64,000 bases of DNA from Patescibacteria group bacterium. GTDB lineage: Bacteria > Patescibacteriota > WWE3 > UBA101185 > UBA10185. The translations under genes and the position numbers were made by a program. The stretch spans positions 194,327-258,326 of the forward strand of contig JBMORU010000001.1 of NCBI GenBank assembly GCA_049322215.1, read 5' to 3'. This document shows positions 9,068 through 18,922 of this stretch, piece by piece (position 1 is the first letter of the stretch; every line of letters begins with the position of its first letter). The notes below the pieces were generated by a model that was not told where the DNA came from, did not search any database, and saw only the letters and a list, made by a program, of their open reading frames with translations.

Positions 9068-9949
9068 TTAATTACCTAAATGTAAGTAAACCCCAACTCC
9101 GCCCGTAGAATCAGTTACATAAGAGCTAAAACCATAGTTATGTGTGCTATAGCGGGACCCCAAATTTAATTCTAAAGCAGTTAAATCAGTTTTGACCAAA
9201 GCACTGTTACTGCTGCTGTGAGCAACCACATCAGGATGCAGAAAATAGGTAACATTTCCCACTTCAGTATCAAAAGACTGAACAGAAAAGAAATCGTGCG
9301 CAGTATAAATAGGGTGAGGCTTAGTCAAAGATGTTTTATCTAGATGATAAAAGTTTTTTGAAGAATCCCAAAACACTAACCAATCCGTTTGAACTCCATA
9401 TTCACTTAAATCTAAATCAAAAATTTGAGTATTATAACCTTTGAGCAAGACAGCACGAGAATTAATTAATTCACCATCGATACTAAAAAAAACATCACTT
9501 TTACTGGTACTTCCCCCAAACTTAACAAAGGGCTTTTCAGCTCTTATAACCATTGACGTATATATTTCGGGAATATTAATATCAAATTTAGTATCTTGAA
9601 TAAAAAAAGATCCTTTAACAGAACTCACATACTGATTTAAAGAATCGACATCAGATATAGCCATTGAATTAGGTTTTAAAACGGTAGATTCCCATACACC
9701 ATCATTGTAAAAATGTGCCCAACCAAAATGACGATTGTTTTCTATAAAGTAGTCTACAACTAATACTTTATAAGGTGTTTCTTCTGAAACTATTACAACA
9801 TCGTATTCCTCTCTAAAGTCGTTAGAATTTTTTGGTATAGGTGGAACTATTTTTATGCCCGAAAAATAAACCCAGGATGTAAAGACACCTAAAGTAAATA
9901 AGCTAACAAAAGATAATATTAATAATGGAATAAGGAGTTTCTTTTGCAT
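9068..9949 (-). CDS. hypothetical membrane-anchored protein
   Basis: N-terminal TM (LLIPLLILSFVSLFTLGVFTSWVYF) followed by a 260-aa extracytoplasmic domain. Confidence 0.45.
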   Translation of the reverse strand: MQKKLLIPLLILSFVSLFTLGVFTSWVYFSGIKIVPPIPKNSNDFREEYDVVIVSEETPYKVLVVDYFIENNRHFGWAHFYNDGVWESTVLKPNSMAISDVDSLNQYVSSVKGSFFIQDTKFDINIPEIYTSMVIRAEKPFVKFGGSTSKSDVFFSIDGELINSRAVLLKGYNTQIFDLDLSEYGVQTDWLVFWDSSKNFYHLDKTSLTKPHPIYTAHDFFSVQSFDTEVGNVTYFLHPDVVAHSSSNSALVKTDLTALELNLGSRYSTHNYGFSSYVTDSTGGVGVYLHLGN

Positions 9950-10030
9950 GAATAAATGTTAGCACGAAAAAAAAGGAGCAAAATAACGATGGTTTTATTT
10001 ATCGTTACAGTGCTCCAATAAGGAAGGCGG

Positions 10031-10402
10031 CTAGTCTTTGGTAGTCAACAAAAGTAAGGCTACCAATGACATTACAAAGGCCAGAACACTGCCCGAGATA
10101 GCGCCGAAAGCGTAGTTGAGGTCAATTATGGCGCGCATTATTTCGGGCGAGGGCATTTGGACTAACATTTCAAAGCCACCCCGAACAAGCCCCAAAACCG
10201 TTACCAAAGCTGCCAATGACACTATTTGGTTAAGAAAAGCAGGAAGCTCTGTTGCCAAAAGTTGATCTGCAGGCATACCCTGGGCATAGTTTAAGACTAC
10301 CTTGAAAGGTTCAAGGGCAGCAATAGAAAACCCAGCGATCAAGACCAGCAATATAACACCGATAACTAGCACCAAGCGGTTACGATTTGTGCGTGTGAAC
10401 AT
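10031..10402 (-). CDS. small hypothetical membrane protein (G+C-rich ORF)
   Basis: 123 aa, 3 TM helices; DNA markedly more G+C-rich than flanks. Confidence 0.4.
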   Translation of the reverse strand: MFTRTNRNRLVLVIGVILLVLIAGFSIAALEPFKVVLNYAQGMPADQLLATELPAFLNQIVSLAALVTVLGLVRGGFEMLVQMPSPEIMRAIIDLNYAFGAISGSVLAFVMSLVALLLLTTKD

Positions 10403-10514
10403 GACAATCTCCTTTTTTTTGTGACACTATGTATCTGATCAGATTTGTTTAATACATATATTATAATACAAAATCAATAAAATTACTATGGGGTATTAAC
10501 GTGCGTGGTTTGTA

Positions 10515-10590
10515 TGGTGCGCCCGGAGGGATTCGAACCCCCGACTTCAACTTCCGCAAAGTTGCGCTCTATCCCCTGAGCTACGGGCGC
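10515..10590 (-). tRNA. tRNA-Arg (anticodon GCG), 76 nt
   Basis: GCGCCCGTAGCTCAGGGGATAGAGCGCAACTTTGCGGAAGTTGAAGTCGGGGGTTCGAATCCCTCCGGGCGCACCA folds as a canonical cloverleaf: 7-bp acceptor, D stem GCTC/GAGC, anticodon stem CAACT/AGTTG, loop UUGCGGA, A20-equivalent present, encoded CCA. Confidence 0.7.
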
Positions 10591-10674
10591 AAAAAAAATT
10601 TCGCTAAAACAAACTTAAGCAAAAAGGTATAGCCTATTATACGACGAAAATGAAATTATTTAAGAGTAAATTAC

Positions 10675-11268
10675 TTAGTTAGAAGTATCGTCAAAGTTGA
10701 AACGTGCTGAAACAAAGTTGCGAGCGTCTGTAATAATGTCGCTTGGTTCTTCTTCTAGTTTAGGTAAATAAGTTCCAAAGTAACCATCTAGAGCTGTTTT
10801 ATCCTTATCATCGATTAAAAAGTATAAACGCCCTGGCAAAGAAGTAACCGTGTCGGCACATAAAACATTAAAAGCATCTTGTTTTTTAAAAAAGTAATAT
10901 TTTAATTCGTGCCAATAGTAAAATTCTCCGGCAAAAGAAACGCCATGAGTAGTAACAACGTGAGTAACTTCTTCTGAAGGAGTAGCTGATAAAACATAGT
11001 AAACAAATATTATGCTTGCTATTAGGCCAATTAGTAAAAATTCTTGCATGGCAATTAAAAGCAAAGCAACTACAACTAAAATTATTACTACATTTTTAGC
11101 AAGTTTAGTATTCATTTTTTTATTCTGTCGGGTAATAGCTTTCCAGGTATGTAAAACCTTTTTTTCTCCAGCTGTAGATAGGTCAAAAACCTTTCCTGAG
11201 GGAATCACAGGCTCGTTTCTTCTGTAATTAGTTATTCCTAAAAAGTTAGTAACGTCGTCTACTTGCAT
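10675..11268 (-). CDS. hypothetical membrane protein
   Basis: Listed ORF 10675..11340 overlaps the tRNA-Ser 3' end; start trimmed to internal Met (MQVDDVTNF...). Contains two TM helices. Confidence 0.45.
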   Translation of the reverse strand: MQVDDVTNFLGITNYRRNEPVIPSGKVFDLSTAGEKKVLHTWKAITRQNKKMNTKLAKNVVIILVVVALLLIAMQEFLLIGLIASIIFVYYVLSATPSEEVTHVVTTHGVSFAGEFYYWHELKYYFFKKQDAFNVLCADTVTSLPGRLYFLIDDKDKTALDGYFGTYLPKLEEEPSDIITDARNFVSARFNFDDTSN

Positions 11269-11284
11269 ATAATTAAAGCTTTCC

Positions 11285-11370
11285 TGGCGGAGGGTACAGG
11301 ATTCGAACCTGTGGACGAAAAAATCGTCACGGCTTAGCAAGCCGCTGCATTACCACTCTGCCAACCCTCC
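11285..11370 (-). tRNA. tRNA-Ser (anticodon GCU), 86 nt
   Basis: GGAGGGTTGGCAGAGTGGTAATGCAGCGGCTTGCTAAGCCGTGACGATTTTTTCGTCCACAGGTTCGAATCCTGTACCCTCCGCCA; anticodon loop UUGCUAA, extra-arm hairpin GACGA/TCGTC, encoded CCA. Confidence 0.8.
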
Positions 11371-11428
11371 AAAAACATTGGGCAGGGTTAATTAATTATA
11401 TATCGTTACTTGCAAAAAACACAAGAAA

Positions 11429-12133
11429 CTAGTGTTTAAATTTGAGTAAAGGCTTTTTTGCTAGAGTGAAGCAGCAAACACTAGAAGCCCCCGCATAAAA
11501 CAAAGCTTCAGTAGCACTTAATAAAGTAGCCCCAGAAGTACAAATATCGTCTACTAATAAAATTCTTTTTTGCTGAATATTTTTAAACGCTTTGAAACTT
11601 TTAGATAAATTAATTATGCGCTCTTTTTTTGATAACTTATGTTGAGGAATAGTATCGCTTGTGCGCACTAAACAATCACTGTAAACAAGATTGAGCTCTT
11701 TACATAAAACTTTGGCAATAAGCGATGCCTGGTTAAAACCACGAACTTTCTTTTTCTTTTTACTCAATGGAACGGCACAAACAAAGTCAAAAGAACTAGG
11801 CAGACCACACTTAGAAAAATACAAAGCTGCTTCTCTTGAAAGAATTTTTAAGGCAGCAAACTCATTAGCACCATACTTAGATTTTAAAATACACTTTCTG
11901 ACGCAATCCTTATAAATAAAGGCAGAAAAAACAAAACTTATACCACCATTATTTATGGTACGGTCTTTGCAAAGTAAGTGCGTTTCTCCATTTATTGAGG
12001 CTTTGTCGCATGTTAGGCAATACGCCTCATTTAAAGGGATTGCTTTATCTAAACATGCTCTACAAAAACTTGAAGAAAAGTTCCCACAAATGACACATGT
12101 GGGAGGAAAAATTGTATTAAATAGCTTTTCCAT
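11429..12133 (-). CDS. comFC: ComF-family protein (double zinc ribbon plus phosphoribosyltransferase domain)
   Basis: N-terminal CVICGN...CRAC...CLTC...C zinc ribbons and C-terminal PRTase signature ILLVDDICTSGATL. Confidence 0.7.
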   Translation of the reverse strand: MEKLFNTIFPPTCVICGNFSSSFCRACLDKAIPLNEAYCLTCDKASINGETHLLCKDRTINNGGISFVFSAFIYKDCVRKCILKSKYGANEFAALKILSREAALYFSKCGLPSSFDFVCAVPLSKKKKKVRGFNQASLIAKVLCKELNLVYSDCLVRTSDTIPQHKLSKKERIINLSKSFKAFKNIQQKRILLVDDICTSGATLLSATEALFYAGASSVCCFTLAKKPLLKFKH

Positions 12134-12285
12134 AAGTTATCCACATAAACACGAACGCTTTAAATACAACAAAATGTTCCTTACTACCCTGTAGTACGTT
12201 TGCTCTATTAGCCTATATAATTATGTGCGAAATACAATCACAGAAATTCTAGCAATACTAGGAATAGAGAGTTATCATCAAGCGT

Positions 12286-13536
12286 ATGGAAATTAATAGA
12301 TTTCAACTGAAAAATGGCCTTCAAATATTGCACTTACCCTACAAAGAAGTTGACTCAGTAACACTGAGCCTTAAAGGCTTTGCAGGAGCTGTATTTGAAA
12401 AGGAAAACGAAATCGGAGTGGCACATTTTCTTGAGCATTTAGTTTTTGATGGAACAGAAAAATACCAAACATCTAAAAAACTAGATGATGTACTAGATAA
12501 CGTAGGAGGTACCTCAAATGCAGGAACATCTAAAGAATATGTAGAATATTGGGCAAAAACACTTTCCCAACATAAAAAATTAAACTTTGACTACATTTCT
12601 CAAATAGTTCTACACCCACTATTAAGACAAAAAGGAATAGACAAAGAAAAAGGTGTTATAGAGCAAGAAATAAACAGATTTAAAGACTCTCCTGAAGCAC
12701 TTAGTCCAAGAATTGCATACAAAATTTTATTTCCAAATCAAAGACTGGGACATTTTATTTCAGGTGACATAGAAGACATTATGAAAATAGACAAAGAAAA
12801 TATAAATTCTTTTGTAAATAGAACTTACAATTCTAATAACTTTGTATTAGCAGTTTGTGGAAATATAGGTTTAGAAGAAACCCAAGATTTAGCTCAAAGC
12901 TTTTTTTCAAATTTTAAGGCAGGAAAAAAACAAACAGCAGAAACGCCAAAAAAAAGTCTTAAGCAAGAAAGCCAAACAATTAACAAAATAAGCTTAAATC
13001 AAGCTACTCTACAACTTGATTATTATGGGTATGACTACAATCAAAGCAAAAAGTACGCACTAGCAGTACTATCTAATATTATAGGTACTGGCTTTTCATC
13101 AAGACTTTTTCAACTAATACGTGAAAGAAACAGCTTGGTATACCACATTGGAAGTTATTTATCTGTTGGTACAAATTATGGTGTTTTTAGCATATTTGCA
13201 GGACTAGACGAACAAAATATTGATAAAACAATTGACCTAATTAACAAAGAATTTAAAAAAATTGTTAAAAATGGAATAACAGCAAAAGAATTACAGAAAG
13301 CTAAAAACACAGTAAAGGCAAGCTTTAGCTTTGGGTTTGAAAGCGCTTCAACAAGGGCATCATATTATTCCAACTTAGCTTTATTTCAACCCAATATAAA
13401 AAGTCATTTAGAAGAACTTGAAAGCTACGAAAAAGTAACGCTAGATGAAGTAAAAAGCGTAGCAAAAGAAATTTTAGAACAAATGCCTAAAATTACCGTA
13501 ATTGCCCCAAATTTTAAAAAAACAAATCAACGCTAG
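12286..13536 (+). CDS. M16-family zinc metallopeptidase (insulinase-like)
   Basis: Inverted zinc-binding motif HFLEHLVFDG (HxxEH) near the N-terminus; 416 aa. Confidence 0.8.
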   Translation: MEINRFQLKNGLQILHLPYKEVDSVTLSLKGFAGAVFEKENEIGVAHFLEHLVFDGTEKYQTSKKLDDVLDNVGGTSNAGTSKEYVEYWAKTLSQHKKLNFDYISQIVLHPLLRQKGIDKEKGVIEQEINRFKDSPEALSPRIAYKILFPNQRLGHFISGDIEDIMKIDKENINSFVNRTYNSNNFVLAVCGNIGLEETQDLAQSFFSNFKAGKKQTAETPKKSLKQESQTINKISLNQATLQLDYYGYDYNQSKKYALAVLSNIIGTGFSSRLFQLIRERNSLVYHIGSYLSVGTNYGVFSIFAGLDEQNIDKTIDLINKEFKKIVKNGITAKELQKAKNTVKASFSFGFESASTRASYYSNLALFQPNIKSHLEELESYEKVTLDEVKSVAKEILEQMPKITVIAPNFKKTNQR

Positions 13537-13539
13537 TGC

Positions 13540-15411
13540 TTGTTCTTCGGGTTATTTTTGGTAAAATCTGGAAATTCAATGAATATAAAAAAAGAAAGAA
13601 AAACCAAGCAGGAATATTTAGAAGACAATAAAAATATATTAATTGCGCTAAAACGCATGATTTCTTATACGTTTAAAATTGCTCCAATTTGGTCTGCGTT
13701 AGTTTTAATTTCAAGCATTGCAAGTGCAATACTGCCTTATTTAGCAACCTGGGTGAACAGCAAAATCATAGATGAACTAGTTACAATTGCCACCTCAGGA
13801 AACTCTGATACTGCTAAATTAATGTACTACGTCGGCGTAATTGTAGCTTATATGATATTTACTAGTTTACTAGGTAGAATAAAAACCTATGCCAGAGTAA
13901 ACATGTACTTTGCTGTATCTAGAGAATTTGGTCACATGGTTACTATAAAGCTCGCACATTTAGATACGGAGCACTATGAAAACCCTGATACTAATGACTT
14001 ACTACAAAAAGTAAGAGAAAACTATACCCACAGGCCACAAGAATTTGCATTTATTGCTTTTAACACAATAGAAATTATAACCTCTGTAATATCTGGAATG
14101 GTAATTATGATCAACTTTTCACCTATAATTGCTGTGATTTTGATACTTGCAACAATGCCTATATTAGTAAACGATATTGTTTACGGAAAAAGAAACTGGG
14201 GCATTTGGGGAGCAAAAGGCGATGTAAGAAGAGATTACCATAGCACTAGAAGTAGTTTAGTAAATGAAAACGAACTAAAAGAATTACGCGTATTTAAAAC
14301 AAGGCCATACTTTTTAAATAGAATATATAACCTTTACTATGACTTTCAAAAAGAAGAAATTAAGCTAGAAAAGGCTAGAACTGTAACTAGAATCGTTTTG
14401 GATTTGGTTAATGTTGCAGGCTTCACCTTTGTATTTTTAACAATTGTACGCAGAGTCATAGCAAAGACTATATCAATTGGTGACTTTAACTTTTATGTTA
14501 GTACCTCTAGAAGTTTAAGAAGCGCGCTTGGTGAATTTTTCGGAAGGCTATCGAGACTATATGAAAATGGTTTATATGTAGTAGACATTTTTAAAGTGTT
14601 AGATTTTGAAAATAAAATAGAGGAAGGTACACAAGAATTAGCCAATAAACAAACACCTCCCTTAATTGAGTTTAAAAACGTTTCTTTCACCTATCCTGGC
14701 ACAGAAAAAGCGATTTTAAAAAACTTCAGTTTAACTATAGAACCAGGAGAACATATTGCTATTGTAGGAGAAAACGGAGCAGGAAAAACTACTCTTATAA
14801 AATTATTAATGCGCTTTTACGATGTTACTGAAGGCGAAATATTACTTGATGGAATTAATATAAAAAATCTTAAATTAGATAATCTATACTCAAAAGTAGG
14901 TACTTTATTTCAAGACTTTAACACTTATCATTTTGACGCAAAGACTAACATTGGAATTGGAAATGTTGAAAATTTAAATAATATTGAAGGAGTAGTAAAC
15001 GCAGCCAAACAGTCAGGAGCACATTCGTTTATAAGTGATTACACAAATGGCTATGAGCAAATACTAAGCAAAGCATTTAAAGAAGGCATAACGCCTTCTA
15101 CAGGACAGTGGCAAAAAATTGCATTAGCGCGCGCCTTTTTCAAAGAAGCACCAATACTAGTTTTAGACGAACCCACCAGCGCAATTGATCCAAAGGCCGA
15201 ATATGAAATTTTTGAAAAATTGTTTGATTTTGCAAAAAATAAATCAGTAATAATAATATCTCATAGGTTTTCTACTGTTAGAAATGCAAACAGAATTCTT
15301 GTTATAAACGACGGAAATATTTTAGAACAAGGTACTCATGAAGAGTTAATGCAAATTGAAGATGGTAAGTACAAACATGCTTTCGAGTTGCAAAAGAAAG
15401 GTTATGAATGA
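13540..15411 (+). CDS. ABC transporter, fused permease/ATP-binding exporter (MsbA/ABCB-like)
   Basis: 6 N-terminal TM helices; Walker A GENGAGKTT, signature STGQWQKIALARA, Walker B ILVLDEPTSA. True start may be the downstream Met (MNIKKERK). Confidence 0.8.
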   Translation: MFFGLFLVKSGNSMNIKKERKTKQEYLEDNKNILIALKRMISYTFKIAPIWSALVLISSIASAILPYLATWVNSKIIDELVTIATSGNSDTAKLMYYVGVIVAYMIFTSLLGRIKTYARVNMYFAVSREFGHMVTIKLAHLDTEHYENPDTNDLLQKVRENYTHRPQEFAFIAFNTIEIITSVISGMVIMINFSPIIAVILILATMPILVNDIVYGKRNWGIWGAKGDVRRDYHSTRSSLVNENELKELRVFKTRPYFLNRIYNLYYDFQKEEIKLEKARTVTRIVLDLVNVAGFTFVFLTIVRRVIAKTISIGDFNFYVSTSRSLRSALGEFFGRLSRLYENGLYVVDIFKVLDFENKIEEGTQELANKQTPPLIEFKNVSFTYPGTEKAILKNFSLTIEPGEHIAIVGENGAGKTTLIKLLMRFYDVTEGEILLDGINIKNLKLDNLYSKVGTLFQDFNTYHFDAKTNIGIGNVENLNNIEGVVNAAKQSGAHSFISDYTNGYEQILSKAFKEGITPSTGQWQKIALARAFFKEAPILVLDEPTSAIDPKAEYEIFEKLFDFAKNKSVIIISHRFSTVRNANRILVINDGNILEQGTHEELMQIEDGKYKHAFELQKKGYE

Positions 15412-15914
15412 TAACAGGCACCTTAATATCTAGTGTGGTAGGCGCTCTACTTGGATTTTTTAGCTCATTAGCAATTTTTTACATACAAGAACGATGGAAA
15501 GATAATTATCAACAAAAGCAACTGCTTAATAACTTTAAGAGAGAATTAAGTTTTAACATAAGGTTTTTCAACCAATATAAAAAGGATTTACAAGATTTAC
15601 TAAACAAAATTGAGGCAGATGAAAAAATAAGTTTTTTCACTTTTAATCATCATAAAATTCAAAAAATATTTTTGTTAAAGGCGCTCAATTTGGGCATTTT
15701 GTACGACCCCTTAGAACCAAAGGACGTAGTTGAAATCGACTACATGCTCACTTTTTTTAGCCAGGCAAGTAATGAAATAGCCAAAACTACGTTAAATGCT
15801 TACACAAGAGGCAATATAGAAAAAGAAGAATTAGTAGAATTTTTAGAACAAGAAATAAATTTTTTGATTAAATATAAAAAACTGCTAAAACGTATATCAC
15901 TAAAATTGGCTTAA
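15408..15914 (+). CDS. hypothetical protein with N-terminal TM helix
   Basis: Start overlaps the ABC stop (ATGA); 168 aa; no recognised motif. Confidence 0.4.
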   Translation: MITGTLISSVVGALLGFFSSLAIFYIQERWKDNYQQKQLLNNFKRELSFNIRFFNQYKKDLQDLLNKIEADEKISFFTFNHHKIQKIFLLKALNLGILYDPLEPKDVVEIDYMLTFFSQASNEIAKTTLNAYTRGNIEKEELVEFLEQEINFLIKYKKLLKRISLKLA

Positions 15915-16004
15915 ATACAAGGGATACATTGCATTTTATAGGCTAAAATGATATATTTCTTTCCAAAGAGCCTTCTTTAAGAAGGCTTAGAATTTCTTGC
16001 AGCT

Positions 16005-16565
16005 ATGATATTATCGGACACAACTATAAAAAAATATATAGAAAGTGGCAAAATCGAAGTTAAACCGGACTTCGATTTTCAAGATATAAGCCCTGTTGGC
16101 ATAAGGGTGTATTTAGATAAAGAGATTTTAATACCAGAACCCAATCAATACGTTAACTTAAGACAACCAACAGAACTTAAATATAAAAGAATAGATATTC
16201 GTGAAAAAGGATACATATTGAAACCAGGCGAATTTGTTTTGGGAGCAACGTTTGAAAGAATACGTACCGCCAGAAATATATTAACTATGCTTGATGGAAG
16301 AAGTACAATTGCTCGTTTAGGTTTAACCACACATATTACAGCGGGAGTAATAGATGGAAAGTACGACACCCCTAAATCCATAGTGTTAGAAATAAAAAAC
16401 GTAGGTAACTTTAACTTTCATCTCAACTACAAAGACCCAATCGGAATGATATATTTTGTTAGATTAACAGAGCCCGTTGTACACCAAATAGAGGATAGAT
16501 ATAAAGCACAATCTAATGGTGGTGTAATGGCACCAAATTTATTTCACAAACCCCTAGGAAAATGA
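16005..16565 (+). CDS. dcd: dCTP deaminase
   Basis: LDGRSTIARLGLTTHITAGVIDGKY matches the Dcd/dUTPase-fold core (E. coli [25 protein letters not shown]); 186 aa. Confidence 0.8.
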   Translation: MILSDTTIKKYIESGKIEVKPDFDFQDISPVGIRVYLDKEILIPEPNQYVNLRQPTELKYKRIDIREKGYILKPGEFVLGATFERIRTARNILTMLDGRSTIARLGLTTHITAGVIDGKYDTPKSIVLEIKNVGNFNFHLNYKDPIGMIYFVRLTEPVVHQIEDRYKAQSNGGVMAPNLFHKPLGK

Positions 16566-16575
16566 GTAAAAGCAG

Positions 16576-16857
16576 TTATAAGCCTAGCCACTTAAAAGCA
16601 GGCGTCATTGCTGGAGTACAATAACCACTAATTAAATTGTTATCCGGATTTTCACTACAGTATGTGGATAAAGGGCATTGTTTAACACCTACAGTACCCC
16701 CACAAAATCCAACAGGAGACTTAGTGTATAAAGCATATTGAACAAAAACTAAAAGCACTAGTAAAAGCAACCCACATAAAAATAAAACTTTAACAATATG
16801 AATATACTCTTTAGGTTCATCTAACATATTAAAATAATACCACTTGATATTCACCAA
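16576..16857 (-). CDS. small hypothetical Cys-containing membrane/secreted protein
   Basis: 93 aa, one TM helix, 5 Cys in the C-terminal half. Confidence 0.35.
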   Translation of the reverse strand: MVNIKWYYFNMLDEPKEYIHIVKVLFLCGLLLLVLLVFVQYALYTKSPVGFCGGTVGVKQCPLSTYCSENPDNNLISGYCTPAMTPAFKWLGL

Positions 16858-16868
16858 ATACTATTAAA

Positions 16869-17504
16869 TTGTTGCTTGAGAAATGTTACACCACTATAAT
16901 AGTTAACAATATGAGGTTTTCAGCAAAATTTATAGAAATAATAAGCTGGTTTTTTGTAGCTCTTTTAGGATTACGCTTTGTGTTAAAACTTTTTGGAGCA
17001 AGCATAGTTGCCCCTTTTGTATTATGGCTATACACTATAACAGATAATTTAATGAAGCCGTTCGCAGGAATATTTCCTAGCCCAAGTTTAGGAGGCGCCT
17101 CAATAATTGATATACCAACAATAGTTGCTATAGTTGTTTACTTTGCAGCAGGATACTTTTTGTCTGTTTTAATAATATCGGCAGATAATAATTTGAAAAT
17201 TAAAGGGTTAAAGCCTCAGCCAAGTGACAAAAATAAATCCACAGAAACACCCTTCACACCAAATAACCCCGCCCCGCAACAACCACATCAGCAAAATTAT
17301 AGCCAACCTACTAATCAGCAACAGTATGTACCTCAGCCACAACCTCAACAATATATGCCCCCACAGCCACAAATTCCGCAACAACCCATGCCTCAACATA
17401 GTCCGCAAGCAATGCCACATCCCGATGATTTGTTACCAAAACCAAATCCAGAGCCCACTACAAATACTATAAATAATAATTACGATGATAACGAATTAAA
17501 TTAA
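16869..17504 (+). CDS. membrane protein (possibly YggT-family) with Pro/Gln-rich low-complexity tail
   Basis: Two hydrophobic segments, then PQQPHQQNYSQPTNQQQYVPQPQPQQYMPPQPQ repeat tail. Start could be the internal Met at 16911. Confidence 0.35.
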   Translation: MLLEKCYTTIIVNNMRFSAKFIEIISWFFVALLGLRFVLKLFGASIVAPFVLWLYTITDNLMKPFAGIFPSPSLGGASIIDIPTIVAIVVYFAAGYFLSVLIISADNNLKIKGLKPQPSDKNKSTETPFTPNNPAPQQPHQQNYSQPTNQQQYVPQPQPQQYMPPQPQIPQQPMPQHSPQAMPHPDDLLPKPNPEPTTNTINNNYDDNELN

Positions 17505-17507
17505 ACG

Positions 17508-17945
17508 TTAGTTACAAACAGAAGAGTTTAAAGCCATATTCGAACATTCCCTAACCTCTCCCCAATCCGAACAATACTTTAGACCTAATCCATTAAGGGG
17601 TTTTTCTAAAAATACACGAACACAGAAAGAATTTCCATCAGAAGAGTAATCGTAGGTTGTGCCGTCTGGAACCCCCGTAGGCCATGTTTGAATATAAGGG
17701 TCTAAACTTGCAGCACTAGTATTTAGCGGATAAGTACCTTCAACAGCTCTATGAGCTTCTAGACCTGAAATAGCCTTGTTTAAATTGGCAGTTCTAACTC
17801 CATCTTGTGCAACGTCTTGCTGCGCAGAGGGACTAATAATCGCAATTAAAATGCCACTTAAGACACCTATTAAAGCAATAACAAGTAAAAGTTCTATTAA
17901 AGTAAATCCAGTGGAACGTATTTTAGGCAGATTTAATACATACAT
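17508..17945 (-). CDS. type IV pilin-like protein (prepilin-type N-terminal cleavage/methylation domain)
   Basis: Leader MYVLNLPKIRSTG then FTLIELLLVIALIGVLSGILIA, the class III signal and hydrophobic helix. Confidence 0.8.
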   Translation of the reverse strand: MYVLNLPKIRSTGFTLIELLLVIALIGVLSGILIAIISPSAQQDVAQDGVRTANLNKAISGLEAHRAVEGTYPLNTSAASLDPYIQTWPTGVPDGTTYDYSSDGNSFCVRVFLEKPLNGLGLKYCSDWGEVRECSNMALNSSVCN

Positions 17946-17993
17946 AACAGTATATATACTGTATCTGTTTAAGGTGTGTTTTTCAATAAAAGC

Positions 17994-18578
17994 CTAGTAT
18001 CCTAAATATGCAAAAATCAAATAGGTTGTAATTATTCCGTTTAAAGCTCCCAAAGCAGCTTGAAGAAAAGTATGATACTTAAGTAGGATACGACAATAAA
18101 TCATTACTACTGTTAATAAAAGACCTAAAATTCCAATAGTAGGACTAAGTAATAAAAATGTTAAAGTAGCACCTGTGGCCAAACTTGCAGTGTGCAGGCT
18201 TATTTTAGTTAATTCGTTAACTAGAGCGTTAATAGCATTAACTCCAAAAACACTAAAAACACCAAGTAGTAGTTCGGTAGGCGCGTTAAATGCGTACATA
18301 ATAGAAGCGGTTATTAAAGTGACTATAAGGCCAAACACATAAAAGTTATCTCTATTTTCTCTTATAGAAATGTTTATATCGGTAATTTGTTTTGTGAATA
18401 TAAGGTACAAAAGAAAAGATGCCACAGGAATAAGTAAAAGAGCACCAAGTACAATAACCCAAAAATAAGCCTCATATATAGAATGAGTGTATTGCACAGC
18501 TATAACTAACAAAACAGCGGGGCACACAAACAAAGGGCCAAATATTGTAGATATAATTTTTGCTAAAGTTTTACTCAT
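17994..18578 (-). CDS. hypothetical polytopic membrane protein
   Basis: 194 aa, about 6 TM helices. Confidence 0.4.
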   Translation of the reverse strand: MSKTLAKIISTIFGPLFVCPAVLLVIAVQYTHSIYEAYFWVIVLGALLLIPVASFLLYLIFTKQITDINISIRENRDNFYVFGLIVTLITASIMYAFNAPTELLLGVFSVFGVNAINALVNELTKISLHTASLATGATLTFLLLSPTIGILGLLLTVVMIYCRILLKYHTFLQAALGALNGIITTYLIFAYLGY

Positions 18579-18922
18579 TATGCAGCTTTTATTATAAGGG
18601 GAATAAACCTTGATTCAAACCTTCAACAAAGTTAAAAGTTTAAGTCAAGGCTCATAAAGAAAATATAGTTGTTTATTTAAACTATACCTTCATAGAGCCC
18701 CAACTTGATTTTAAATTTAGAAATCAAGTTAATTAAAATGTGTGTGCTATCTCAGTTTTCGCCTTCCGATCGAACTAGACACACGCGTACACACCATATT
18801 GTGCACTGAGGCATCGGAATAGCGCCTTCTTTTACTTCCTTAAAACAGAAAGCTTACATTACCTTACGGTTTTGTGTGGGGCATCAGGATAATTCCCCTT
18901 AAAGTTGAAAATTTAAAATCTT

